From Marsupella aquatica (lineage: Eukaryota > Plantae > Marchantiophyta), in assembly GCA_973895155.1 (NCBI GenBank), contig OZ316899.1, positions 2,131,573 through 2,195,572 of the forward strand: a stretch of 64,000 nucleotides of DNA, in the 5' to 3' direction. Made by a program: the position numbers and the translations under genes. Each line of letters begins with the position of its first letter. Position 1 is the stretch's first letter. Shown here piece by piece: positions 10,911 through 24,000 of the stretch. The notes under the pieces were generated by a model. It had not been told where the DNA came from, did not search any database, and saw nothing but the letters and a program-made list of their open reading frames with translations.

Positions 10911-13900
10911 CTAGAGGCCAGTACAGCCAACCAAATTTAGGACGTGTAATGATGGAAGACCTGCGACTTCAGCAGGAAGCTTGGTCAGTTTCGTGCAGCA
11001 ATTCAGTGACAAAGTTTGCAGTGAGATCAGGTTTCCTATCTCCATAGGAAGCTGTGACAGATGCTTGCAGTAGTCCAGATCTAACGATTGGAGAGTGGAC
11101 AAACTCCATAGTTCTTCAGGGAGCTTCAATAATGCCGTGCAATTGCTCAGGTTAAGTCGTAGCAAAGAACGCAGGCAGCCAATTTCTTTTGGAAGCTCTT
11201 TCAAACCTACACAAGAACTTAGATCCAATCCTTCCAAGAATTCCAAACTGCCGATCTCCCTCGGAAGTTTCTCCAGCCTTGCACAAGATGACAAAGAAAG
11301 CTCTTTCAGCATCCCCAGCTTTCCTATCTCGGGAGAGATAGACGTCAAGGGACAGTGCCCACATAAAAGATGGGTAAGGCTGCGCAAGCCTCCAATTTCT
11401 TTAGGTAACAGGGTCAAGCCCTTGCATCGACTTAGATTGAGCTTTTCAAGATTGAACAGATTGCCAATCTCAGGGGGTAATGAAGAAAGGTTCTGGCAAC
11501 CTGAGAGGTCCATTTCCCTTAGATTTCCGAGATTCCCGAGCGCCCTTGGAAGTTCTTTAACACCCCCACAGTTCTCCATACGGAATCTAGTAAGACAGCG
11601 CAAGTTTCCAAGCCTCTCGGTGAGGTCCCGCAGCCGGCTGCAGCTATAGAGGTGAAGTTCCACCAGGCCAGTTACTTGTGCCACTAAGTCAGGGAGCTCT
11701 TCCATGTTGTTGCATCCAATCAGAGTCAAATCCTTCAACTGTGGTGGATACTGTTTACACAAACAAGGCACGAATCACTCGTCGATTTACTAGTGCTCCG
11801 ACAACAAGACGACATTCATGACGGATAGAGTGATCTGATCTGCCCCTGCTTCGCACGAAGTACTGGACATCAGGTATCTCAATAAACAGTGCAATATCTA
11901 GAGAAAATCCCAATCGCGATCACTTGAAACAAATCAAAACACCCGACCGTATCCTAGAAATAATAAGCTACAGACGGCGAGATTTCTTCGTGGCCATGCA
12001 CAGTTTCGAACTTGCACAACAACTCATCGAGCTATCCCACGAGCTTCTTCAGTTAAAACAGCTGGCCCGGATAAATCAGAAGTTCGAAGCAAGAACTTCT
12101 AGGCCAGATGATAATCCACAGGGTTGAAATGTACCGACAAAACTTGCTATATATTAAAGCAGGTGCAATAGTACTCAAAGAGCCGACAATGTACGTGCAT
12201 CAAACGACAGTAAATGGAAGTTTAGAGATGTGCACTAGGGAAACTCGTTGAGAGGTCAACTACGTAAAAACATGGATATTGATTTGCAAGCGTTCATTAG
12301 CATGGCGAAAAAGCCCCAACAATAAACGTCCATGTCATCACTCAAAACGCACCACAGCCTCGTGATACTTAAAGAGAGGACAGGTATAAAACCCGCTTTC
12401 TTCGTTACCTTTAAGTTCAAATCAATCTCATGAGCTCTCAAGATAAGCATCTCCAGCTTCTTCAGGCGGTTCATTTGGAAAGGAATCTTCACTTCTGATG
12501 AAGGTTGACTTCGTCCCCAATAGAAAAACTGCAGGTTATTCAAAGCCTTGGTGCAGTACCCTCGTATCCCAGTATCATGAAGCACCAAAAGCCGTAAATT
12601 ATGCATCTTTTCCAACATTTGTCCCTGGACAGCTTCCTTGCAACATAGAAGAGACAGGCCTTGGATATTACTCAGCTCCTGAATGCAATTTAAGATCAGT
12701 GAGTGCAAGAACACATTTACCACAACCTTTCGTGTCCTATCAACAGATTCCTTCGCTTTCGCACCTTCAGAATGGAAAGTATAGGTTAACAAATACCAAA
12801 ACCAAAGAGAAATTGAAACTACAGGTGTACATACATTTCCAGGTCCATCCACCAGTAGTCTCTCGGGTAAATGTGTCTGATCCTCCGATACGACACGATT
12901 CCCTATAGCTCGGCGGGAACCGATTGCAGCCAGTAGATCATGCATGCCTACAAGATCCACCTTCCACGGATACTCCGAGTATTTTGTCCATTGGGCTATC
13001 CCGTACAAGGTCTCAGTATCCCTCTTGCAGACTGCAGTCCAAGTTTGGCTTGTCAAGCTTTTTATCTGTGATTGCCCCACTATTCGTTCCACAATCCTCC
13101 AGTCCCAGCCTCGAAAAAAAACTGAGATATCTAAGAAAGCTTCTTTTAAGCCAAAGTCAAGCCGGTCATAAATAACCTGAAGCTTCATAAACATCTGATC
13201 TTCTGCTGAGTCTAAGTCTGCTGCAGCTTTCAACTTCTTAGATATCAGAGACCAATTTTCTTGACTCTGATTGGCTTCATCTGCAAAATAGGAACCGGTG
13301 ACTTTAAGCGCGAGAGGATTGCCATCACAGTGTGGAACGATCTGATCAACCATGTCCACGTACTTGTATTGCATACTCTGACTCAGAGCTGAATGTGGGA
13401 CTGCGTGAGAGAGAAAAAGAGTTTTAGCTTGTTGAGCACCGAGAGCAGGTAACTTGTATGCTAAAAAATTGTATTGAGGTGCTGCATGTCGACAAAGCTG
13501 ATCCAAACGATTTATGATAGCTAAGGAGGGGGATGTTACAATGATTGACGTTCTAGGAGGAAGAACTTTCCCAAGGCTATGAGGAAAGAGCTCTCCAATG
13601 AGACGGATGTCAAAGAGATTGTCAATTGCTATACGGGCTGGTTTGTTGTTGTGTTTCAGTTTCTGTAATTGGTATAGTAGAGCATTTCTACCTTGTGCTG
13701 TGCTGGAAAACTCTTTCTTCCCTCCACCTAGCTGTTGCAATAGAGATGTCTGCAATCTACGGAGATCATCTGGTCTTTCACCTACTTCAACTGACGCGAA
13801 CAATCGTTTGTGAGTATGCTGTAGTGTAGTGACAACTTCATTCAGTAAAGTTGTTTTACCCACTCCTGCATGACCGTGTATACCCACTAAACAGACCCCA

Positions 13901-15774
13901 ATTTTCTGGATGTGGTTAATAACCTGATGGACATGATGATCGACACCCATAGCTGTGGTCTGCAATGTGGGTGCCTTCTTAGTCACAACCCGATTGCCCA
14001 CAGCAGCCAGAGTGGCAAACATTAGACTGTCCTGCAAAACTTTGAGCTCGCTGAGAACTTCGTCCAACAGATATGGCACACTGTCCGATAAGGACTTTCT
14101 GAGAACCCAGGATTTCACTGGGGAGCAACAGCTGCACAAGAAGATCCAAGACACCGGAGAGGGTCAACTCAGATTCACCGGTCAAGTTTGACTTCAATGC
14201 GAAAGGACCAGCCCCCGTGGTACGATGAATCCGATTTCGCGAAGGGGCTAGCTCTTCCAACCTTACAACGCTTGAGTAGCGAGTTTCCGAATACTCCGAG
14301 AAGTCGCACACACAGTTGCATTGCAATAATTGTGAAATACACACGTTCCAGGCTCCACCTTAGTTGTAAAGAATACTGATTTCCAATAGTGAGGATGCAT
14401 ACTAACGAAACAATTTAATGTCGACTAGATAGATAAGGTAAATGATCACAAGGTAGATAATCACAATAAGCACACCTTTGGCTATTGATGGCCTTGCGCT
14501 CGATGTGCTTGATCACAGCGACAGTATATAATAGAGTGCCTGCCGCAATCTTGAAAATATCACTGTCGGTCTCCAGCGAAAGCTTCAGCTCGTCAATTTG
14601 ATCGCCGATGTACTCAACTTGCTTTCGAAAAGTCAAAACCTTGTCTTTGCTGAAGGGGATGTTGTTAGGCCATTTCATTATGTACCCAACGAGCTTCAAT
14701 GTAAGACCAAACCAACTTAGATTGCCAGCCTCTCTCAAGATATCCCATTGCAGGTTTTCAAATGTGAGTACACGATTCTTCATATTTGTTTCAGTAACCT
14801 ACAGAGTAACGGTAGTCATTAGAGGATCGCCGAAACGGCTGAACTACTGTGAAGCAGCAGATCCACGAGCTGAAAGCTAAAGCTACACAAAAATTTGTAC
14901 CTGCCAGGCATGATAATCACGGAGTTTGAGGCAACAGTCACTAGTAAATTGTGCCTCTTCAGACACAGGAAATTATCGTAATACTCGGCAACAAGCGCAC
15001 AAGGAGGTGAATCTCGGAGACATTGTAAAACGTGGACGATGCCATGATTAAGAGCATGCCTGCAGGGCAGCTTCTACGAGGGCCATCTTCCTGTGTAATA
15101 CAATGAACCCATACAGGTTATTCTGGTCTCGATTGGAATGCCGATATCTCACTGCGACTCTCGAAGAAGAGATACCAAAGCGAACGCCCGCGTATTAACG
15201 GTTATGCGAACGGGCCGCTAGAACCAGACCCACGTCTAACAACAAATCCTCGCCCACGCACGGTGAAAGGATGTCGGAAGGGTTGTGCTCATGAGTTCAC
15301 ACAGCTGAGGAGCATTTGAACGATGTGGTGCATACAAAGAGGTATTTTACTGCTCTCGAATCGGCTACCTCCCAGGACTAGTGGATACACTACCAAGAAT
15401 TAAACCTTGCGTAAAAGACTTAACCATCGAGCTGTTTCACAACTCGTGCAGGACCGTACCTTCATGCGAAGCCCTTCTAGGAAAGGAGTATGAAATCTGA
15501 GAAAGTCGTCCATCTCCTTGAAGTCCTCCGTATGCTCAGCTGGTGTTCCCACTTCTGGCTCTGGTTCTGAAACCGTGGGACTCACGGCGTCCGGCTCACT
15601 TCCTCTCGGACTAGCACACTCGTGCCATTTCAAGGCAGGGTTGACCGCCTGAAACTTGTGCTCAAAACCCACGCCATTCTTCATGCCTGACTTTAATATC
15701 TCGAACTGGTTTCCGGGCGTCGATCGCTCCCCATCCCACCCCAGGGCATTCGGGAGTAGAGCCACGTCCTGCAT
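10911..15774 (-). CDS. NLR immune receptor: helical N-terminal domain, NB-ARC, 12 LRRs; predicted ~1014 aa, 5 exons
   Basis: Phase-compatible GT-AG exons 15774-15460, 14798-14476, 14131-12835, 12678-12409 and 11750-10911 total 3045 nt. Motifs: P-loop GHAGVGKTT, kinase-2 IAIDNLFD, RNBS-B SIIVTS, GLPL-like CDGNPLAL, RNBS-D FLDISVFF, MHDLL, and 24-aa LxxLxLxxCxxLxxLPxEIGxL repeats. The first exon and its join are the least certain part. Confidence 0.85.
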
Positions 15775-16159
15775 TATATCGCAAAGAATGTGTTGACGAC
15801 GATGCTTCTCGATGAAAACATTAACATTAAAAGCGCGTTGACGCCTTTGTGTGCACAATATGCAAAACAATAGGTGCAAACGGCACCAGCTCGTACCGAG
15901 CTAAGATCTAAAAAAGAATTTGTTCAAACCCTGCGAAGGTTCTGGAAACAATGAACTAATCTCGTACATGTTTCCTAGCACTCCTAAGAGCTTTTCCCTC
16001 ATGCCCTAGATCTTGGCCCGTGACTTTTGAAGGCCTCACGTCTCTTCGTCACAACTTGAGACAGGCATCCTGGAATGTCCCATGTGGTTTCACCATGCGA
16101 GCGGGAATGAATTTTTGGTAGTGAGGGAAGACTATTGCGTATATAGTTAAGGTAGTCGG

Positions 16160-16221
16160 GTGCCTCTTTATGAAGTACTAGTTCAATACCGTGCCTCTTT
16201 ATGAAGTACTAGTTCGATACC
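16160..16221 (+). repeat. 31-bp tandem duplication spanning the Helitron 3' junction
   Basis: gtgcctctttatgaagtactagttc(a/g)atacc at 16160-16190 and 16191-16221. Confidence 0.9.
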
Positions 16222-16274
16222 CATGCGTTGCACAAAAGAAGTCGTGTCGGTCAAGATGTCGTTGAGAAATAAAA

Positions 16275-16483
16275 GATGTTGTGGTGGCCAAGAGGTCGTG
16301 GAGAGAAAAGATGTTGTGGCGGCCAAGGGTCGTGGAGAGAAACGATGTTGTGACGGCCAAGAGGTCGTGGAGAGAAAAGATGTGGTGTTGGCCAAGAGGT
16401 CGTGGAGAGCAAAGATGTAGTGTTAGCCAAGAGGTCGTTGGGAAAAAAGACGTTGTGTTGCCCAAGACGACGTTGAGAAAAAA
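16275..16483 (+). repeat. 35-bp tandem array (six units plus a degenerate one) near the Helitron 3' end
   Basis: Unit gatgttgtggtggccaagaggtcgtggagagaaaa starting at 16275, 16310, 16344, 16379, 16414 and 16449. Confidence 0.9.
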
Positions 16484-16639
16484 ATTTGGTTAAGTATACC
16501 GATGTTGTAATTACAATATGGTCGATAAGCAAAATATGTCATTAGTCAAAGACTTTATGAAGTAAAAGATGTTGTTAAGTACAAAAGTGAAAGAATAAAT
16601 ATTTTGAAGAGAATACACATGATGAGGTCTTTCTTGATT

Positions 16640-19600
16640 TAGTAGAGAATTTCATCATATACAACATTTTTGGTCAACTTTGCTTGAACTCCATCTTCAC
16701 TACCTGGAAGTAACACTTTTATCCTTGTAGGACATGTTGCTCTTGAAAAGGCAACATACAATTGACCATGACTGAAAATCGACTTAGAAGTTGCAATCCT
16801 ACATGTTCTAAAGTCTGACCTTGTGCCTTATTAATAGTCATGGCATATGCCACTCAAACCGGGAATTGGACTATTCGCAACATGAAAGGAAGCCCCTCAT
16901 CTGACGTCAACGGAATACGTGGTATGAACGTTATGTTTCCTACATGTTTGCCTGCAAGAACCTGCGCCTCTATGACACGACTATTGATTGTACGTACTAT
17001 GAGTCGTGTCCCGTTACATAATCCTGTAGTGAAGTGGACATTACGTAAAAGAATAACAGGGCACCAACCTTAAGTACTAGCTTGTGCGGAGGCAAACCGC
17101 TGGGTGTTAGCGTATTCAAGAACTCAGTAGGGTAAAAGTCACGTCCTTCCAATTGATCCGGGCAATCTATACTTAAGAAGGTGTGCGCATCTCCTACGAG
17201 CCCTTCCAATATTGAACTGTTGATCTTCAGCACCTCCTCGTTTGTTGGCGCCAATATTGTTCTCTCGCTTAGGAACTTGTCATCAATATTCTCCAATGAT
17301 GGATAAATTGCATGAATCAAGGAGTCAATGTCAACAATGTTCTCCACCATGGATGGCGGGACCATAATCATGTTATTTAACGCTTCTTGCTTTGGCAATT
17401 TATCATCCCCAAGTTGAAGGAGCCATTCTTGGAAAGTCTCATTCCCAAACTCAATTGAAGTGGATGTACCCCGCGCACGCATATTCTCCGTAAGCTTGAA
17501 TGTTTTCACATAGTGCCAAATGTGAGATTTCTTCAAACATCCTCCCACAATCTGTGCACGGCTTGCTCTTGCCTTCACCGACAACACTTGTCAAAAGTCC
17601 CCTACAAATGCAACCACCAGTCCCCCAAACTTTTCTATTGTCTTCTCTTATGTTGCGAAGTGTCCTATGAAGCGCCTCCACAACATGTTGATGAACCATA
17701 GGTGCTTCATCCCACAGAATGAATTTTGTCCTTTGCAATAATTCAACAAGCTCCGTTTGCTTCTTCACGTTGCATAGTGATTGAGCATTGGGATTGAGAG
17801 GAAGCTTGAACCTTGAATGTGTTGTGCGACCTCCATCCAACAACAAACCTGCAATTCCTGAAGACGCCACAGCCAACGCTACGTCCCCATCAGCCCACAC
17901 CCTACGTAGAAGAACATTCTCCACAAAGGTCTTCCCCGTCCCTCCTGGCCCATCAATGAAGAATGTGGAAGCCTCACGACCCCGGACCACCTCCAATATT
18001 GCAGTGTAGGTAGTACGTTGCCCAACATTCAACAAAGGCTCATGCTCAACCAATTGTTGTAACAAATCCTCCTGGCAATAAGACATCTCCTCCCGTATCA
18101 ATTGATTGGTGTTTGCCAGATCTTCACAAAATTGCTCTGAAGGGAGGGGCAACCCAAATTCGCCCAATGTCTTCCCTTGGGTGTGCAATGCCTGTCCAAT
18201 CAAATACAGGGCAAAGCTCCTTTGTTGTTCTTCTGAGGGTTCAAGAATACCCATGCTTAGAAGGCGATGACGACAATCGTCACTCAACTTTGAAGCGTGT
18301 TTTGTCCACAAATCATAGGGTTGTGTTGGACCGCCAAAGATGAGGATGGTGATGAACAACCGTCGAAGCTGTGAGCCGGTCCGCATGAGGCCCGCCTTGC
18401 TAAGACACCTATCCCACTCTACATCATTCTTGTACAATCCACGTGCAAGGGCGGCCTCTTTGAACGTTGAATGCACCACATTCTCAAAAGTACGGAGATC
18501 TTCAAAACTCTGAGCCCCAATAACAACAATCAAGAGGGCTTGCAAATAATATCTCTCCCTTGCTGATGGGGCCATAAAATACATTCGCCCAATGTTGAAC
18601 CATTGTTGACACGGAGTCCATTTGCGTATCGCATTGTTCCACGTCCATTCTCGAGGGAAATTTGTGTACATGACATGGCGTGCCGATTCAAACATTGCGT
18701 TTGCCTTGAACCATGGCTGTCAAAGTGGTGTCTACAATGTCTACATCTTCATTGAACATTATTGCCTGTTCCCTTTCACAATGCACTTGGAGACGTTGGA
18801 CAGAAGTACTACTCTCTGCCATTTTAAATTGGAAAATCCACCACGTCCCTTCCGCCGCAGACACATAGCATGCATCAAGATGTGTTTTGATTTCATCCCG
18901 TGACTCTCCAACTGCCACCCTCACCCGATCATGCCCCTTATATACATACTTGTATAAGTACTTAATCACCTTAATGGAACAACAAATCTCCACATTAATG
19001 TGAGCATTGTATTTCATGCTCAAGTATGGGCTGTAAGGAACAACCCATCTATTGTCAAACCTAAATCCATTCTTGTCCTTGCTGAATGACTGCCCATTGT
19101 CTCACCGTCGATACAAAGGATAGCCTCCGTCCCCAAATTGTGTCTCTGAGGAGAATTCGCAAGGATAACGCTTAGTGCACTTCCCATCTTCCATGCACGG
19201 CGAGTTCGGATAACCTATGCCACATGGACCATGGACCATGCACTTGGTTATTGTCTCATGAAGTTGAGGATATTTTACTTTATAAGGGATCTCAGCACAC
19301 ACCAACTCATCCACCTTGTCAGGGATGCGAATCTTGTGCTACTCTGCCAAAATAATCAATGTGTGGGCATGAGGTAACCCACGCTTTTGGAACTCTATGA
19401 CATACATAGAGGCAATGGGCCTTCCCAAGACCCCTTGGCAAACCTTTGCCAACAACGCCCTTAGCTTCAGTTTGAAGCATCGTGCCATAATTTCATCCCG
19501 GTTGGTTGGACTCTGAACCTCAAAGCACTTTGCTTTTATCTCCGACCATTTTGGATTGCAAATGAACATGATGGACAGATCTGGCGGGCCATATGTGCAT

Positions 19601-21089
19601 ACAACAGCCATGGCATCCTGGTACGCCTGGGCCATACTACATGCACTCCCATCATAAGTTGAGGACAAAATGAAAGTCTTGCCCAACTCACTTGCACGTG
19701 CATCTCCCTCATGCACGGCAGCTTGAAGACCCAAATAAAGGTTAGTCCACAATTTTCATTGATTGTTGCGGATATATGTCAAGCATGTTTGATTGATGCA
19801 TGCATAGGCATCAACTATGTATTGTTTGAGGAGCCGTCCACCACGAAGGAGCCAATCATCATTACATTGCGCATGAAGATGGTACGCAAAGTATTGCAGT
19901 TGCGTGACCTTCTTGGACCCGTTACGTCCAGTCCTTGCCCCGGTAATAGCTTGATGAAAAACCCCGTCACTCATTTCAAAACCCACCAACGGAATATCAT
20001 ATGACCATCCGTCTTGGCCTCGTGGAAAAAGAAGAACATAGTGGAGTGGCACATAAGACCTATGCCACTCAGAGATCCTACGCAATTGCCCATCCATTTG
20101 CCTAAGGACGATGTCCCTATGGCTAACTTCAATGTCTTCGTCACCCACCATGACAACGCCGATGTCATCAGCCATGGGCTTGTTGTAACGCCTTGGATCA
20201 CTGTCGCGCTTGGCCATGAGGTGTAAAGATACCTCTGGCACATCCCCCCCTTGATCCGACTTCCTGCATTCTTAAATAGATGAACATATCCATTATGTTT
20301 GTGCAACATGTCTTGCAATTGAGCCAGTATGCTTGGATCCAAGTGCGGCATTTGGTTCAGCCTACAACAAAAGTAATTAGAACCACTCAGGTAACTGGAG
20401 ACATACAAAAATATACCTGATCAAGATTGAACATAGTGGAGTGGTCATGGGATTGAGGAAATGTACCTATTCCCCACTTCATTGGTGGTGTCGTAAACGT
20501 ACAACTACGCAATTTTGGGTCCTTCTCCTGTTGGGGGAAAAAGGCTCCCCGCAAGATGGTACAACGCTCCTTGGATACAAAAGGAGTACGGTCCTTGACT
20601 GTTATTGCGCTCATCCACTTTTGCACCAATGGAGGTAAACGCCAAGGCATTGTTATAACCTCTTATGTTGTTGCGGAAATTCTTCCCAAGATTGTCTTGC
20701 CTTGTAAGCAAGCTTTGTAGAGGCTTAGGTGGGGCACCAAAAGGAGGCAATTTAACCTTGCCGTCAGCACAACAGGCACTAAAAATGGGATTGTTTTGGT
20801 GCCCTTTTTGCATTACTCCAGCCAATGAAGTGGCCCACATGTGCGGCAAACCACGTCCATACGCCCCAAACAATATCGGGCCAAGTGAGGATCCAATGGC
20901 CTTCGAGCCTTGGGAAGACGACTGGTTAGCTGTGTGGGTCTTTGTCACACAATTTCTTCTTCGCTCCGCAACATAGGTGTGATTGGTGCAGTTGCCAAAC
21001 TCTCCACTTCAGACATAACATCGGGCACTACATCCGGTTCCCTTTCTCCACTTGACAACTCCAAGGTGCTTGGAAATAAGAGGAATTCA
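16640..21089 (-). pseudogene. Helitron RepHel (zinc finger, HUH Rep, PIF1-like helicase) with many stops and frameshifts
   Basis: CRTCGPLHW..CCADGKVKLPP; YGPPDLSIMFICNPKW; IEFQKRGLPHAH; IKYLYKYVYKG; FFIDGPGGTGKTF; ILWDEAPM; ILAPTNEEV; AMTINKAQGQT. Confidence 0.95.
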
Positions 21090-24000
21090 TGTTCGGGCTG
21101 GCGGCGCGTCGCCATTCGCACGCCTGAGTTACGAGCGTGGAGGGGCCCCTCCCTTGGGTCCGTATAACGAACTTCGGGAGGCGCCCACTGACACGCGGTG
21201 ACTCAGACTGGCGGAGTGGCCGGTACACTACAAGCATGAACGGTTCAGCCTATAGGCAACAAGGAGATGTCGGGGGATCGACAAGCCCTCAAGGTATAAA
21301 AAGGGAGCCGACCCTTTGTAGTGCACCAGTCCATCAGTCCACGCGCCAGCTTCTACCCCAGCTCTCTCGTTTGCTCTTAGTCGCCACTACTATCTCCTCT
21401 GAATGTCGCACACGATCCTCTCCAGTTCGGCCATTCGATTCTGGACGCAGTTCCTATCTACCGGAAGACACTTGGCCGACTCGTTGAAACACACCAACCC
21501 GCGCCGATACAAAATCGAACGCGAGTACGAGAGAGCCATCCGCCTAGCAGGACGACACCACTACATCCTTAACTTTGACTACCCATCTCAGAGCGAGCTT
21601 TACCGACCAATAGAGGTATTTGGGTACTTCTTCAACGGAGACAAATATATCGGTTTTTGGGAAGCATTGCTTCGGCTTCCGGACGAGGTCTTCAATATCC
21701 CGGGTACGATCAACTTGCAACGACATCACTTTGACCACATCCCTGCTCAGGTTTGGGCTATCATCAACAGCGAGTCCAGCACTACCCGTTCGACAAGGTC
21801 GTCTGCACTTGCTTCGGAGAACTTCTACCAGCACCTGCATAGCTTCATGGGAACTAGACCCGCAACCGCCGGCGCCGGCCCAGTCGACCCCATACCCGTA
21901 CCCGCACCAACGCAGACTCAGACTTAGGCTCAGGCTCACCTTCAGTCTCAGTCTCAGTCTCAGTCTCAGCCTAGCCAACCCCCACCGCCGATCGCCCCGC
22001 CGGCAGTACAAGTACGCTCCGTCATCAACGCTGTGGACCTTAGCGACGACGATGAGGCTACCCCACCCTTGCTCAGGCGGCCCAGAGGAGCAAACACTCA
22101 GGGGGCCGACACTACATCGTCCCCTCCCCATGCTCGGACCCAAGGAGCGGCTCCAGCAGACAACACGGTAACTGTGGCCGCCCCGGGCCCAATACTAACG
22201 GCGGTAGCACTACCTATGCCCGATAGAGAGGATGGGGAGGTGTCACCCTCCCCGAGCCAGTCACGGGGAAGAAGAGGAAGGAACCCGCCACTGCATCCGG
22301 GTTACCATTGGCCACGGTAGCTGTGGCCAAGGTGACAATGCACCGCATGGGGGAAAACGTGCATAAGAACATCCTCCATCCCAAGCATGCGGTGTACCTG
22401 AAGACTCAGGGATTCGAGCACCTCGCCTCTCTCCCCTGGAATACTTGCAGGTACTACGGGGAGGACATGACGGAATTCGTCAAGAATTATGATGACGCAC
22501 GTCAACATACTCGGCTGCAGGGAAGGAATATGTCCCTCACGGAAGAACGGCTCAAGATGATCTTCGGATTACCCGAAGGTGACCATCGAGTCGAATCACG
22601 GGCTCCCGTGGGCAAGGGAGCCAAGTACCAATCCTCGAGTTTTCCCTCAGAGGGAGCAGTGGACAACGGGTTTGTGATGAGGACCTGCCTCATCCCCAAG
22701 ATAGCTGAGCGACTGGAGTTCCAAAGGTACGCCCTCCACATGATGGAACCCCGGGGGGAGATCTCCGCCGCCCAAGTTATCCAGGTCGAGAACTATCGAC
22801 CTAGGAAGTGGGCGTCGTACTTCGCTAAGAAATTCCATGAAGAGATGGAGTGCCGAAGGAAGACGCTGTACATTGGCGGGAAGGCGTATTTCGCTAGCCA
22901 CATCGAGATCATTCTTGAGTGGTACGCTCGGTTTGATCGACGAACCCTTCCCCGTGTCAACATTACAAGCTGGTCCCAGCTAGGTGGGTTTTCCTGGCCT
23001 TGGAGAGACGGCCCCAACCCGAGGCCTGAAATCCAGCGGACACGCAAGCTTCACCCACCCCACCTCCATAAGTAGTTGTAGTCGTAACCGAGGAGGTACC
23101 GGATGGGTTGGTTATCGCAACCATAGATGCGATCCAACAGGCCGGGCTAAGTACAGAAGTCAGTACAGTGGAGGCCTTACTCGAGCCCGGGTCTCCCAAC
23201 GACCCACCAATGGCTATTCCGGAGCGCCGAACATTGCTACAGGAGGACACTCCAGCCCCTTCCAACATTACGTCCCCAGGGCTAGATGTCACTGCCCCGG
23301 CCCCCGCGCGTGTTGACGTCTGCCCATGCCCAACTCCGGATAGGCACAACCTGGACCACCCGGAACTCTTCATACCTGGTACATTTCTGAATGGGCTTCT
23401 GGGAGATTTCTCTCATCAAATTGCCCGGGATACCGGGGAGTTCATGGCCCGGAAGGTAGCTTGTTTCTTCAATCAGGAGTTAGTTGCCGCAGTAAAGGCA
23501 GGTCGGGCCTAGTCAGAGGCCCTTTAGAGGATAGAGCAGTACCGGGTGGAGTCCGTATACTTAAAGAATGAAGTTGCGGCTCAAGAGGCTGAGCTTCTGC
23601 AACTACGACCCAAAGTTGCAGTCGTCGATGAGTTGTTAGCAAAGGCGCACGCCCTTACCGCCCTAGCCGAGCAGGCCAAAGTTGGGAACGAGGTCGAGAT
23701 TGCACGACTCCGGAACCAGATTGATAGTTTGAAGAATCAAACTATCATCTGGTAGAAAGACTTGGAGGAGGCCGAAGAACGGGCGCAGCGAGACACTACG
23801 GAGATAGCCACGCTACAGGCCAAGGTGGCGCGGCTCCAAACTTAAGCCGGGAAGCAGGACCAGCTGGCGGGCAAGCTGACAAGCGACGCCCAGTAGCTGG
23901 AGGAGGCATGCTAGGAGGCAGCGGAGGAGACAAACGCGGCGAAGCGAGAGAACCAATCTCTGCTGGACCAGGTCCAGCTCCTCAAGGCAGACAACGACAG

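Larger units (their letters stand above)
16209..21089 (-). mobile_element. Helitron (autonomous type, decayed); 3' end at 16209, 5' part interrupted by an LTR element
   Basis: The minus strand ends GTGCAACGCATGGG (hairpin) TATCGAA CTAG|T, the canonical Helitron 3' terminus. It contains Rep and PIF1 helicase fragments. Confidence 0.9.

Noticed and set aside
11095-11649. 184-aa plus-strand ORF
   Set aside because: Antisense shadow of the periodic LRR exon; no independent motifs.
14900-15300. Possible extra NLR exons (HGIVHVLQCL.., LCELMSTT.., MALVEAALQ)
   Set aside because: Splice phases are incompatible or frames hit stops; the direct 15460-14798 join is phase-consistent.
16275-16483. 35-bp repeats as a CRISPR array
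   Set aside because: Units are head-to-tail with no unique spacers, no cas genes are present, and the context is a eukaryotic Helitron.
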